Shown here: positions 1 through 11,700 of the stretch, piece by piece
How the letters are laid out: every line of letters starts with the position of its first letter
Position numbering within the stretch: position 1 is the first letter of the stretch
DNA from: Hormiphora californensis
Taxonomy: Eukaryota; Animalia; Ctenophora
DNA length: 64,000 nt
Direction of reading: 5' to 3'
Assembly (NCBI GenBank): GCA_020137815.1
Contig: CM035354.1
Span: forward strand, 6,138,001 to 6,202,000
Notes under the pieces: model-generated
What the model saw: the letters and a program-made list of their open reading frames with translations, nothing else
Told to the model about the DNA's origin: nothing
Databases searched by the model: none
Program-made: the position numbers and the translations under genes

Positions 1-323
1 AGAGGAAGAGAGAGTTACCCATCTGTAATCAGAGATTAGATTATACACCTGTACGTGCCTGTGTCCTGTACGTACCTTGTGTCTTGTGGAGCCCACCCTG
101 CAGCACTTGTTCTCTGTGTACATGGCTGTGATGTATCCAAGCTAATCACTAACATGGTATCTACCAGTATTTTCAGGTATAGTTGCTGGTGATATAGTGG
201 TACCACCCTCCTCTCCCTACCTACTGGACTGCAGGTGTCAACACGAAGTGTCGCTTGTAGCCCCCTCTCGGTAGGTAGAGCATAACCCAAGCGTTATAAC
301 ATCTAGATTCTAGCTCTCACCAG

Positions 324-3300
324 ATCCTTCCTCGCGAGATTCGCTGCACAGCTGGCTATCATGACGACCAAATTTGCAAACTATATCCCAGTCCATAATT
401 GATAATGAACTCCTACTAGTCGTGTTTTTCTTACCCATCACCCCCTTCAGAACTGGAGCTGTATGTCTGAGGATCTACTAGAGCACGTCTCACAACGTGT
501 AGCATTGGAACAGCAAATGCCATCATCCTCCCGACTCTCACTCAGGAACTCCCGGCCCCCATCTGCCCCCTCCTCCAGAGCATCCAGCCGTCCCCCTTCA
601 TCCCAGGTATATGTAATTCATTTATAGTTTTCAGCTACCACTGCAGTGCCACACCTTGTTATATATTCTTCTTCAATCCACCTTCTTTTCTATATTCTCC
701 CTCTTTCCTCCCTCATGATCATTTTACTTCTCTCCGGTGTTTTATTATACACACACCATCTGTATATAACATGTGTGTGGATGGAGGACACATATTCACA
801 CATGTTGGGAGGAGGAGGAGGAGGAGGAGGAGAACGTGTTGCTTTCTCTCCTTCTCTTCTTTTCACGCCTTCCACAAATATATCGACCTCTTGGTTTCAC
901 CATATCAGTATATCTTCCTTCATCAAATCTTTCTCTCCAGGCAAGTTATCCCGGTGACCTAGGCCGGCCCAAGACAACCTCTACCACCCGTCGTAGTACC
1001 CCGGGAACCAGGAGTAGACCTAGCACGGCCCGGGAACAGAGATCCCGGGACAAGTACAGGGAATCTCTCTCTGAGACTGGTATAGCACTGCCATCCCGAG
1101 TTGTGGAGCGGCTGGTATCCTCCTATAGCGCGGATAAGCTGCAGTCACGGCCTATGACAGCGTGCTCTAGCCATGGGCTATACGATGTTATGAGGGAAAA
1201 GGTGAGTGCTCACTAATTAGCTTCACAAGTCAGGTCATTACAAACTTTAGTTGGATAACCATGGTTACAGACATCTGACAGATTGGGTTAGCCAATGTTG
1301 ATATGTGGTAACCATGGTAACACAACAAAGTTAAACAAACATCTCCTAGGTAAACAAAGGGTATAATGATATGATATCAGCATTCCAAGTTTATGATAAG
1401 TTAGACAGGGGCTTCGTTTCTCGGGACCAGTTTAAAAGGGTACTTCGACATTTTACTGTCGATCTGAACAGGAATCAAGTGGAGAACTTGCTACAGAGGT
1501 ATGTTAACTATGGTCACCAATTAGTTTGAGGGAAGTTGTTATCAGAGGTAACCATGGTAACCATAGATAATCATGGAAACCCCACTACCCAGGTCTGATT
1601 TGGTGGACGATTGGAATTATAACCGGTTACCATATCGAGTATTCCTGGACCGGTACATGGAGAGGGGGAGAAGTGGGTACATCAGACACTCCTCACCAGT
1701 TACAGGTAATTATCGTTGTGTTTCACCCGTTTAGACTCCCGGATAATAAGCAGCATCTTGAGCCGTTTATCATTTCTCATCATATTCTAACGAGATGTGG
1801 GAGCGTGTCAATCACAATGAACCAAACTTGTTGAGTAAGTTACCCCTTAAAAACCAAACAGCACCATGTTGACATCCTCCATGATATATCACCCATGTGT
1901 TTCAGGGGAGAGACCAGGGACTGCCGACACTCAGTTTGCAGACATTGCAGAGGCGCGGTTATTTGCTCAGTTACACAGTGACTTTGTTGACGTACTGGAG
2001 AAATTCAGGTACCCACATTTATTACCCGGGTTTCTTAATTTGCATCTCAGTTTTCTCCCTCGCGTAGCGAGGTTGCGCGATGTACACTGTACAGTCAGTA
2101 TCTGACAAGCGTGACCCTATTCTTGCGCAGAAACCGCGGTCTCCAACTCTCCCCTCTAAACCTGTATCCCCCTGTACCACCCCTTAATTAACCTGTTATA
2201 GGAGTCGTGATGAGGAGCAGACGGGGTGTGTGGAGTATTCTGATTTCAGGAATATCATGTCTGATTACGGGGTGAAGGTGGCCCCCGCTGCTGAAACTGA
2301 TGACATTGTGAACTATGTGGACTATCTGAACTCTGTAACGATCAGGTAACGAAAACTATACATCCTCTATTGGAAGTTGGAACAGGAAATGCTCGGTCAA
2401 GATTCCTTGAAGCTTGTGGTGAATTGAGTCTTTGTGGGGGTAACGTGGGGCATGGGGGTTTGGGAATGAGGCCTGACCTGTTTGAGAGAAATGAACTGTA
2501 CTGCTGACTGTAAAAACATATCATGGCTGTATCACTATCAGATGATTCGAACCAGTTAGAAACAAGTCATGTAAAAAATTGTCTCTTAAAACTTCGGTAA
2601 CAGCAAAAATAGAAAAAATCGAGAGACATTCGGCTCATTAAATATGTAATTAGTGATCAATTGGTCATTAGTGTAAGCTCTGAGATGTGAGAATGTAATT
2701 AGCTCACTCCAATGAACATGAACATACCCCGAACATACATACATATTTAATTATTTTGCATAAAGTAGCTGCTACACAATTATAAAATGTGCCATCTCAG
2801 ATCAAGACGGTCTACCACAGGAACCGACCGAATCAGGAAATACCGGTCCCTGATTGGCTGATAACTAGTCACGTGACCTAAATAACGAGTTCTGATTGGT
2901 TGTTTACTTGTGTCGGTCGATTCCTGGTCTACAAACATTTATAACCTACTACCTCACATATAACTCATTCTACGTATAGCGTTCCTGCATTCCTCCATCT
3001 CCCGCAGCTCCCTGGTGGCCTCTAGAGGGTCCTTCTCAACAGCACTCTCCCTCAACATTTCCTTGGGTCCCTTCCTGGGTAGCAGAGTTCTAAGTTGGTA
3101 TGGTTTACACTTGCACACCACACAAATCAGACAGAGGAGAGCCAGGAAGATTCCACAGCAGATTGCTATTGTGGTACGGGGTACTCCAGGATAGAGGTTG
3201 TCAGGTTTAGAGGGCGGGGTTGTGGTAGAGTTGTTGGGTGTGGTGGTGATGATCTCAGTGGAATTCAGAGCGTCTGCTGCGATAACTGGGTGGGGAAATG

Positions 3301-5686
3301 GAGTGGTTAGGGATTGAAGCTCTATATTTTAACAGTAGGTGGTTAATAACCACATACAGTAAAACCACTGGTTACCTAAAGAAAAGAAGAGTAGGAGATT
3401 CTTCCTCATGGTTGTGGTTTTGAATCGTGTCCTTCTCCGGATCAGCTGATACACTTTTTGACAAATTATGTTTTGTCTACATCAGTCTAACAAAACAAAA
3501 ATAATGATTAAATTGGGAAATAGGGTTATAAATTAGATAGCGTCCCGGCCGTGGTTTCAGCTCAGTGTACCCCCTTCGAATGGTAACACTTTGGCCTTTC
3601 GGCGTACAGGTGAGAAAGAAAAGAAATCTAACTTAAGGCCATGGTGTCAAAATAAGATATGTCATATCCCGGTCATATACATATAGAGTCTAGAGAGTAT
3701 AGAACCAAGCTAATTTGGGTATGATATTTCCTCATTTCTCTCCCTCATGCGCTGTCCTCTCTCACGATATCGCGAACGCTACGTTTAATTTATAGGGATC
3801 TCTCCTACCCCAAAAAGAGAGAGGGGACATTGTACTCAACAAGCTAATAGGGGTTTGGGACAAAGGTATAATAGGTTACTACAGAATCACGATGTCACAC
3901 TGTATGATGTGTGTATAACACTGATTGAGAAAAGAGAGAATGGAGATGTGAAAGAAAGGGAGAGAGAATAGAGATGTGAAAGAGGGAGAGAATAGAGATG
4001 AGAAAGAGAGAGAATGGAGATGTGAAAGAAAGAGAAATGGAAGAGAGACATATTGGGATTAGCACCCAAGTCATGCAAACAGTACCCACACATACCGATC
4101 CAGCGGTAAACACAAGTACATTTAATAAGGAACCATAATAAAGTTCAAGAGCCTCCAAGAGCACCCAAGAGCGTACCCGATCGAAGAGAGACCACACCTG
4201 AGAGCGCACCACACCCAAAAGAGACCACATCCAAGAGCGGACCACCTCCAGAAGACACCACTTCAAGAGCGCACCACATCAAAGAGAGTTCCCCATCCAG
4301 AAGATACCACGCGCAGGGGACACCACGCGCAGAAGAGACCAGCGCGGCGTTGTATTTGCGCGTGCGGTCTCTTCTGCGCGTGGTGTCCCCTGCGCGCGGT
4401 ATCTTCTGGACGGGGAGCTCTCTTTGATGTGGTGCGCTCTTGGAGTGGTGTCTTTTGGAGGTGGTACGCTCTTGGATGGGGTGCGCTCTTGAACTTTATT
4501 ATGGTTCCTTATCATTTAAAAAGTGGGGAAAAAGTGATATAAATCTAGTTCTCTAATAATAATCTCAGTTAAGTTCAAACCAAGCAAATAGATACAGATT
4601 AGAAGGGGATCAGCGAGGAGGGAGGGGTCGGAGAAGGAGGTAGTAGTAGTAGTAGTAGGCTAGTGAGAAGGTGTAGTTCAGGAGCTATAAATCAGGAGCT
4701 ATAAATCAGGACATGAATCATGCATCATGCAGCAGTTCATTCGTCTTGTGGTAATAACGGAGAGAAGGGGGCCATCCACGATGATCGGCTAGTTTACATA
4801 TTATTATATCAGTGCTCCTATACTATAGCATAGTCGCCAATAAATCTCTCTCTCGCTCTCTCTCGCTCTATCTATCTCTATTTCTATCTCTATTTTTTAT
4901 TTCTCGCATATTCTACATAGTGTTCATAATATATTTCTCATTCCCCGATTGCTAAAAGCTGATATATTTTAGGCCCGAAACTGGAGAAGAGGACGCGGAG
5001 AGAAAATCATCGCTGGCTCGACCGCAGACTGCACCCGCTGAAATGGTAAGAAAGCAACAACAAAAGTAGAAATACAGAGATAGGGGAATGTGAAGATCGA
5101 ATTGTCGAATTTGGCACAGCCAGACATGCAGACATTCTACGTAAAAGAAAGACATTCAACATGAAGCACAGATCTACATAAACTATTAGGAGGGATACCA
5201 ATGTCCAGTTTAGATGGGCGGGTCCACCCAGTAGTAATAAATATAATCATGCTGCTACACATGCATATGCACATGTGTCAAACAAGTCATGTGTTGCTAG
5301 CTGCAGCTGCATCTAGGATCTACATCCGGTTAGAGTAGGTACTGCCAGAATAATGAATCCCTGCACGGGACTTGGTTACGAAGTCACCCCTAATATTGCT
5401 TTCGCGGAGGGGTAATTTCATTACCAAGCACAGGACATAATTCAGGTATTTCGAAATGCTTCATGTTTTTCAGTTCTGTATGTGTTGTCATGGTTATGTT
5501 CGTTGTCATGGAAACTCCCCCCCCCCCCCCGTTTCCAAGTTTCCACCTCCCCTGCTGCACTGCATCTTCCCATAACATCATCAATATCATCCAGCAGAGC
5601 ACATCTGCACAAAGCTCAGCAGGGGGTTCAGCTGGTGCTGATGGAATCTAATTGAAAACAGAGGGAGAGAGAGTGAGATAGAGAGT

Positions 5687-5727
<41 letters not shown>

Positions 5728-7085
5728 TGCACACAAGCTGTTCTCGGTCGGATTGGTCGGCATCCTAATGAGAAGAGAGACTGAGAAAGACGTGTTGGGA
5801 AGACACTCTCACTCTCACCCCACCCTTGTTGAGAATTAGTACAGTGTCTAGTTTGCTGTTTAGTCTCTTTATCCCCTCTATTCGCCGCAATGGCTTTCCT
5901 TCATTTATCCAAGGTAGTATTAAAAAATTCATCTGTCTAGGAGACGGACAGTCGTCTGCCCAGTATCTCTACCGAGTGTTGAGTCCAGTCTGTCCTTGTT
6001 GAGTAAGGGGTGGGACTCAAGAGTTTACTTTTGTTTTCTTCTCTAAAACACTAACTATCCCCTCCCTCTCTCCAGGCGCTGAGTCATGTCTACACGGCTG
6101 CAGAGTCTGACCAGGAAATGCAGTATCAACAACTCAGTCTCAACCTGAGGCCTGTATACAAGGATCCGAGGCAGCGGGCTCTAGTTAAAATTGAAAACTG
6201 CAAATACTTCGTTAGTAAACCCTCGTCCCTCCCCTTCCCTATCCGATAGTTATAGTGACCTGTGTACGTGACCTGTGCCCTGTAATAGCTCACATTCATT
6301 TATCATGTACTGGTAAATGACACCAACAATCAACATGGTGAATAATATACGACTGTTTTCAGAAAGGAGGCCAGCGGAAGCCCACACCTAATCCTGGGGC
6401 AACAATTCAAGGGCAGATACAACGATTGGTAAGAAATGAACACAACACGCACTTGAGTCAGAGAGAATAGAGAGAAGTATATTTCATGCGTCTATGTTTT
6501 ACTGAAGAGTTAGTGAACAGACATGAAAATTAGACCGCTCTAATTCATGAAAAATTACTAACGACTTTCTTCAATTGCCAGTTCGGTCCTGACACTGCCG
6601 CCCTACGCCGAGTAATGCAGAATCATGACACGGCCCGGGATGGCACAATCACCATTGGGACATTTCGGGACCTCCTCCGAGACCTCGACATAAAGTAAGT
6701 TAAACTAGTTGCCATGGTTATTGTGTTAGGGACTGTGGGCAGAACAAATTGCAGAACAAGCTTGAAAGGGCTGGAAGAGGAGACAGAGAGATAGTTGGAC
6801 ATTCAGAATGAATTGTTAGTCCTGTCCGCACCTAATTGTGGCATAGTTAGAAAAGGGATGGTTACACTTAGAGTGTGTAGCTATAGAATATACTCTTCCA
6901 CTTTTAGTTTTAGCTAGAAATTAGAAACTGGAATTTGTTAGAAAAAACCAAAGTTAACCAAAATCTCCCTCAGAGTGGACGACAATGATTTCTATTCGGT
7001 TGTTAACAAGTTTGACACCTCCTTCAAGGGTGTAATCCCATATCGGAAATTCCTGAGGACATCCAAAGCTAAAGCAGCATGTTGA
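324..7085 (+). CDS. Multi-exon EF-hand protein, EFCAB6-like (5' end probably outside the window)
   Basis: GT-AG exons translate to repeated EF-hand pairs: ~1350-1498 (VNKGYNDMISAFQVYDKLDRGFVSRDQFKRVL), ~1906-2008, ~2202-2346 (RDEEQTGCVEYSDFRNIM), ~6581-6693 (HDTARDGTITIGTFRDLL) and ~6974-7085 (FDTSFKGVIPYRKFL...C*). The EFCAB6 assignment rests on recalled architecture only. Confidence 0.7.
2818..2926. mobile_element. 109-bp MITE, hAT-like
   Basis: TIRs CAGGAACCGACCGA / TCGGTCGATTCCTG (13/14 match). 8-bp flanking duplication GTCTACCA / GTCTACAA. Internal ATTGG x2 and GTCACGTGAC. Confidence 0.85.
2954..3409 (-). CDS. Nested small type-I membrane protein (121 aa; signal peptide, S/T-rich ectodomain, one TM helix)
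   Basis: Exon 1 3409-3376 and exon 2 3285-2954 join in frame across a GT-AG intron: MRKNLLLFFSLVIAADALNSTEIITTTPNNSTTTPP...TTIAICCGIFLALLCLICVVCKCKPY...MSYM*. Confidence 0.75.
4125..4512. mobile_element. Foldback/MITE with long inverted arms built from short tandem subrepeats
   Basis: Ends ATAAGGAACCATAATAAAGTTCAAGAGC / GCTCTTGAACTTTATTATGGTTCCTTAT. Flanked by the direct repeat CATTTA. Internal CAAGAGCGCACC-type repeats. Confidence 0.85.
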
Positions 7086-7326
7086 AACTGGGGAGTAGCT
7101 ATCATATTGGGACTCTGTATTATAGACATTTGATTGGTGTGTTGTATGTATGCTGTTCAGGGTGCAAATTAGCAATTTGTATATCGGGACTCAATGTTGA
7201 GCAATATGTACAATGTATTTGAAATATCAGAGAAAGATCATGGGACAAACGTTCGGGAATTGAAAATAGGGCAGAAAGCCAGAATAGTTTTTGAAAGATC
7301 TCTGTGACAGGAAATTCAATAGATTA

Positions 7327-8117
7327 GGGCGCGCACAGACTGTTCATGCGTGATCATGTCCATAAGTGGGCAAGATTTTGATCAAGTCACGCAGACTGTT
7401 CAAGCTTGATCATCTGATCAAGCTTGGACAGTAAAAACTGAAACTTATTCATATCAAAGCAAAAACCACTGTACCCGAATAATTTTGATACTCTGAATCG
7501 CGTAAGCTAGTTTTAATTTCAAATCCTTCGGAGGTCGGCTGGTCGGGAATGTGTCTTAATTGGGCATAATTGGGTCTAATTGACCCCACTTACAACTCGA
7601 CTCGTCACCTGGAAATGACGTGAGGGCACTTTTCCGACTAATTTTGATACGCTGAATCACATAAGCAACTTTTCCAAGCCCCCCAGAGGTCGGGAAATGC
7701 CCTAATTGAGCAATTAAGATCAATTAGATCCAATTATAATACTCAATTAGGACACTTTCCCGGCCTCTGGGGGCGTGGAAAAGTTGTTTATGTGATTCAG
7801 CGTATCAAAATTAGTCGGAAAAGTGCCCTCACATAAGTGTCTATTATTTCCAGGTGACAAGTTTTAAGTGGGGTCAATTAGACCCAATTATGCCCAATTA
7901 GGACACTTTTCCGACCTCCGAAGGATTTCAAAACTAGCTTACGTGATTCAGAGTATCAAAATTAGTCGGGTACAGTGGTTTTTGCTTTGATATGAATAAG
8001 TTTCAGTTTTTACTGTCCAAGCTTGATAAGATGATCAAGCTTGAACAGTCTGCGTGACTTGATCAAAATCTTGCCCACTTATGGACATGATCATGCATGA
8101 ACAGTCTGTGCGCGCCC
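7327..8117. mobile_element. ~790-bp palindromic MITE, PIF/Harbinger-like
   Basis: TIR GGGCGCGCACAGACTGTTCATGC..., arms complementary almost to the centre, TTA duplicated on both sides. Confidence 0.9.
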
Positions 8118-8793
8118 TTAATGGCAGTGAGTTAGTACATATAATGAGAATAATTCTAACACAGTTAGTGGTTACAACTGCAAGTATTGATTTTCGACGT
8201 TGTTTATCGATAGTTACAGCTTTAAATGATGTGTTCCAGTGTATGATGACGATATCATTATCAAATAGGTTTTAATTTTAATCCTGAGATAAGCATAAAT
8301 ATGCTGTGTTTGTTTTGTGTTTATTAGATTTATCGAAGCGATATATCAAAATCAAACAGTCTGTGGCACTTTCTTGTTGCGCGTAAAATATTTGCGCGTT
8401 TTAAGACTGCGCGGCGCGGGGTAGAGCGCAAAATTTCATGAAAATTTTTTGCTGCACAACTTTTCAAAAATTTTCAGAAATGTGAAATCAAAATTTAAAT
8501 TTTCATCTCTCAGTTAGTTTTTGCCCCTCAAATCTGACTTTGTAGCTAACAGTGATGCTCCGTCACATTTTCCACTGCACAGCGCCCCCATGCGTCGTTC
8601 CCAGCGTTCAAAACTAATAATAAATGCTTTTTGTGCGTTTTCGACGCTGTGAACCACGCTGGGAACGACGCATGGGGGCGCTGTTTGTTTGGCCAATATT
8701 GCGGAGCAGGACCGAGCACCACTGTAACATACAACAGTTGTAGCATTGAAGCATGATTACCCTCATTCCAACTAAACACCCCTTTCCCTACTA

Positions 8794-11700
8794 GTGATGG
8801 AGGAGGATGATGACGGTGGTTACGCTGACATGTTCGCTCAGGCAGCTATGGAAGAAGAGGCAGAGGAGGCAACAGCAGTGGACTTGGAGGCACTCCCTGA
8901 ACACGAGGAGGAGCCACCCATCTCAATCGCTGACATCAGGCTGAATAGCGAAGACATTGATCCGGACCTGGTTGCTACAGTGTCCGCCATGGGAAGTACG
9001 GAGGGTACGAACTATGTGAAGGGACCCGAGTGTGCTATTTGTATTGGTGATCTCATCAAGTTCCTGAGGCTTGAAAACAAGAAAACGTGTGAAGTGAGGA
9101 GGCAGTTGGCTAAAATAAAGGTTATGGAGAAGGATTTGTTGCCCATTTTAACGACATACTATGATGACAGTACAATACTGGAGTCTATGATGAAGCTGAT
9201 GGTCAACCTTACCATGCCTGTACTGCTGTGCTTTGAGAAGGAAGAATCGACCAAGAAAGACTCCCTGCGACAGAAGCTTTATCTAGAGGTGAACAACTAT
9301 CTGCGGGAATACAAGCACCACTTTGTTCATTTTGAGGCAATGAAAGTGTTCAGCAGCCAGCTGGGGAACCTACTACAGATGGGTAAATCTAACAGGTCTG
9401 ATGATGACGATTTGATGTTGGAAAGAATCCTTATCACCATTCGTAATCTTCTTCATGTCCCCTCTGATTCTTCAGAGGAGAATGACCTTCAGAACTCCCT
9501 TACAACCCATGATCGTCTCGTTCTGTCAATGGCAGATTTTGGTGTCACTGATTTGTTGTTCTATCTCTGTGGAAACAAGGAGGAGGAACAGCACTGCCTC
9601 CTCGCTCTGGAAACCATTTCCCTGATTTTCCGAGACTTTGAACCATCCGTCCTGGCTCAGGCTAACACAGGCCAGGACCAACAGAAGATAGACCGAGAAC
9701 TGGAAGAGTTAAAGAAAAAAGAGGATATGAAGAGGCAGCAACGTAAAACTGCTAAAAGTACCCGGCACTCTAGGTTCGGGGGCACATTTGTGGTTCAGGG
9801 TAAGAAGTCCATCACGGAGAAAGACCTGATCTATCATAAGAACATCAAGAAAATCAAGGACCTGTCATTTGATGACGAGAAACAAATTCGTCGGCACACC
9901 GGATACCATTCTATAGCAGAGGACAAGACACAAACCCGATATTCAACTCCCAAAACGAGGGCAGCCCTCAAGGACCTGGCTATCAAGTTTCTGGATGTTT
10001 GTTACAACCCGCTAATGAAGAAGACCTAAATCCTTGTTGTGTCGGGGTCAGGGATCAGCTGATTGTGATGAGACTTTCTACCTTGTGGGCATGTTCCTTC
10101 TTCATGGAGTTCAACAGAAGTTCACTGACTTCAAGTTGGACTGTTGTAGCCGAGACACTTAGTATTGATTCGTTCTCCTACATTCCTCCAGATAACCTTC
10201 AAGTTCCACGAGGAGATAAAGGGATTCAATGCCAAGTTGATACATCCTCAAGATCCTGTTTGCCAAGCGACTACACAACGCAGGTCCGGTCTTACAGAGA
10301 GATGCTGGAGAATCTGAATATATGCTGGTCTCTAGAGATGAGAAGATAAAAGGCATTGCGAATGTGATTCAAAACAACATTTTCTACCAACAAGAGTACA
10401 GGGAGTTACCTACCATGCTGCTAAAACAGTTTGAGAGGAGAGTCTTTACCAGGACCTACCTGACCGATCTAGTTGAGTGTGCACACCTGTATATCAGGAT
10501 GCTGGATGCCTACACACGGGACAACACACTCATAGTACAGGAGACCAAGAAGGTGAAGAAGAAAGGAGGGGGTAAGAAGAAGAAGAAGAGGAAGAACTTG
10601 TTGTCTGAGGATGAGATGAAGGAGATGTGGGAGGGAGACATTGAGGGCGAGGTTACTAAAATGTTAGTAGCCGGCAACATCTCAACTCGTAATGTCAGCC
10701 CTTTTGATGCCTCACTAGATTATAGTATGGAACAACAGAGGATTCTGTGTAAACACAATATTCAGGATCTCCTAAAATCTGGTTCATTTGATGAGGCTGT
10801 GGCACTCTTCAAGGCAGCCCAGGAAGTATGGCCTAGCTCTCCCTCGTTTGGTATGCCCGACATGTCCATTATTGATGAGGTAAATGTGGTGAAGGGTATA
10901 TTTCTATCTCGAGAAGAGATACCTGATTTCATGACCGGAGGGGATGATGGCGGGGCAGCGTCTCATCACGCCGAGGAGGCAGGAGAGTTCCCTCAAGAAA
11001 TGCACCAGGTTAAGAGAGCAGGTTCCAGAACAATGACTATTTGATGTTATACGCTCGTCCTGCTATTGTAAAGTGTTACTGTTATCCTACTGGAGACATT
11101 CGAAACTAATGCACCCTACAACAAATCACTGCATGTTGTTAAGATGTTGTACAGACTAGCTAGTAAACTAGCCATGGCACCATCTAATGTTCCAGATATC
11201 ATTCTTTGTTACATGTCCGGAAGATCCTGGCTGCCCCTCGAGTGGACTCCTATAAGGATCTCAGGAAGTTTGCAGCATTCATTGCTAGACGGTTTGTAAC
11301 ATCCCTCCAGGAGACTCCGATGATATGTATAGACACAGCTGTTCTGGAAGACAACTGATGATGTTACTGGCTATTGATGCGGGATATGATCAGGATAAGA
11401 TCCCTGGTAAGAAACAGAGTGTGGAGTGGACACCTGCAGAGGAGAGTGAGGTCAGGACATTGTTTGAGAAGTGGGTGGATAAGGCACAGGCAGGTGGATA
11501 TATGCGATATGATCGCACAGGACATGACTACCAGCACTGATAAGCTGAGGATGGATGTAAAGAAGAAAATTCTGGAACTAAACCTGGTGAGTGGTGTTAT
11601 CTGTCTGTCTGTCTGTCTGTCTGTCTGTATCTGTCTGACCTGTCTGTCTGTCTGGCAAATATATGTCTATCTGACTAGGTTTCCATTAGTCTGTCCATCT

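Noticed and set aside
10020-11400. TIMELESS as a pseudogene or programmed frameshift gene
   Set aside because: Indels are clustered, flanking ORFs are long and intact, and similar indels occur in EIF3L, WASP and the V-ATPase gene. Sequencing error is more likely.
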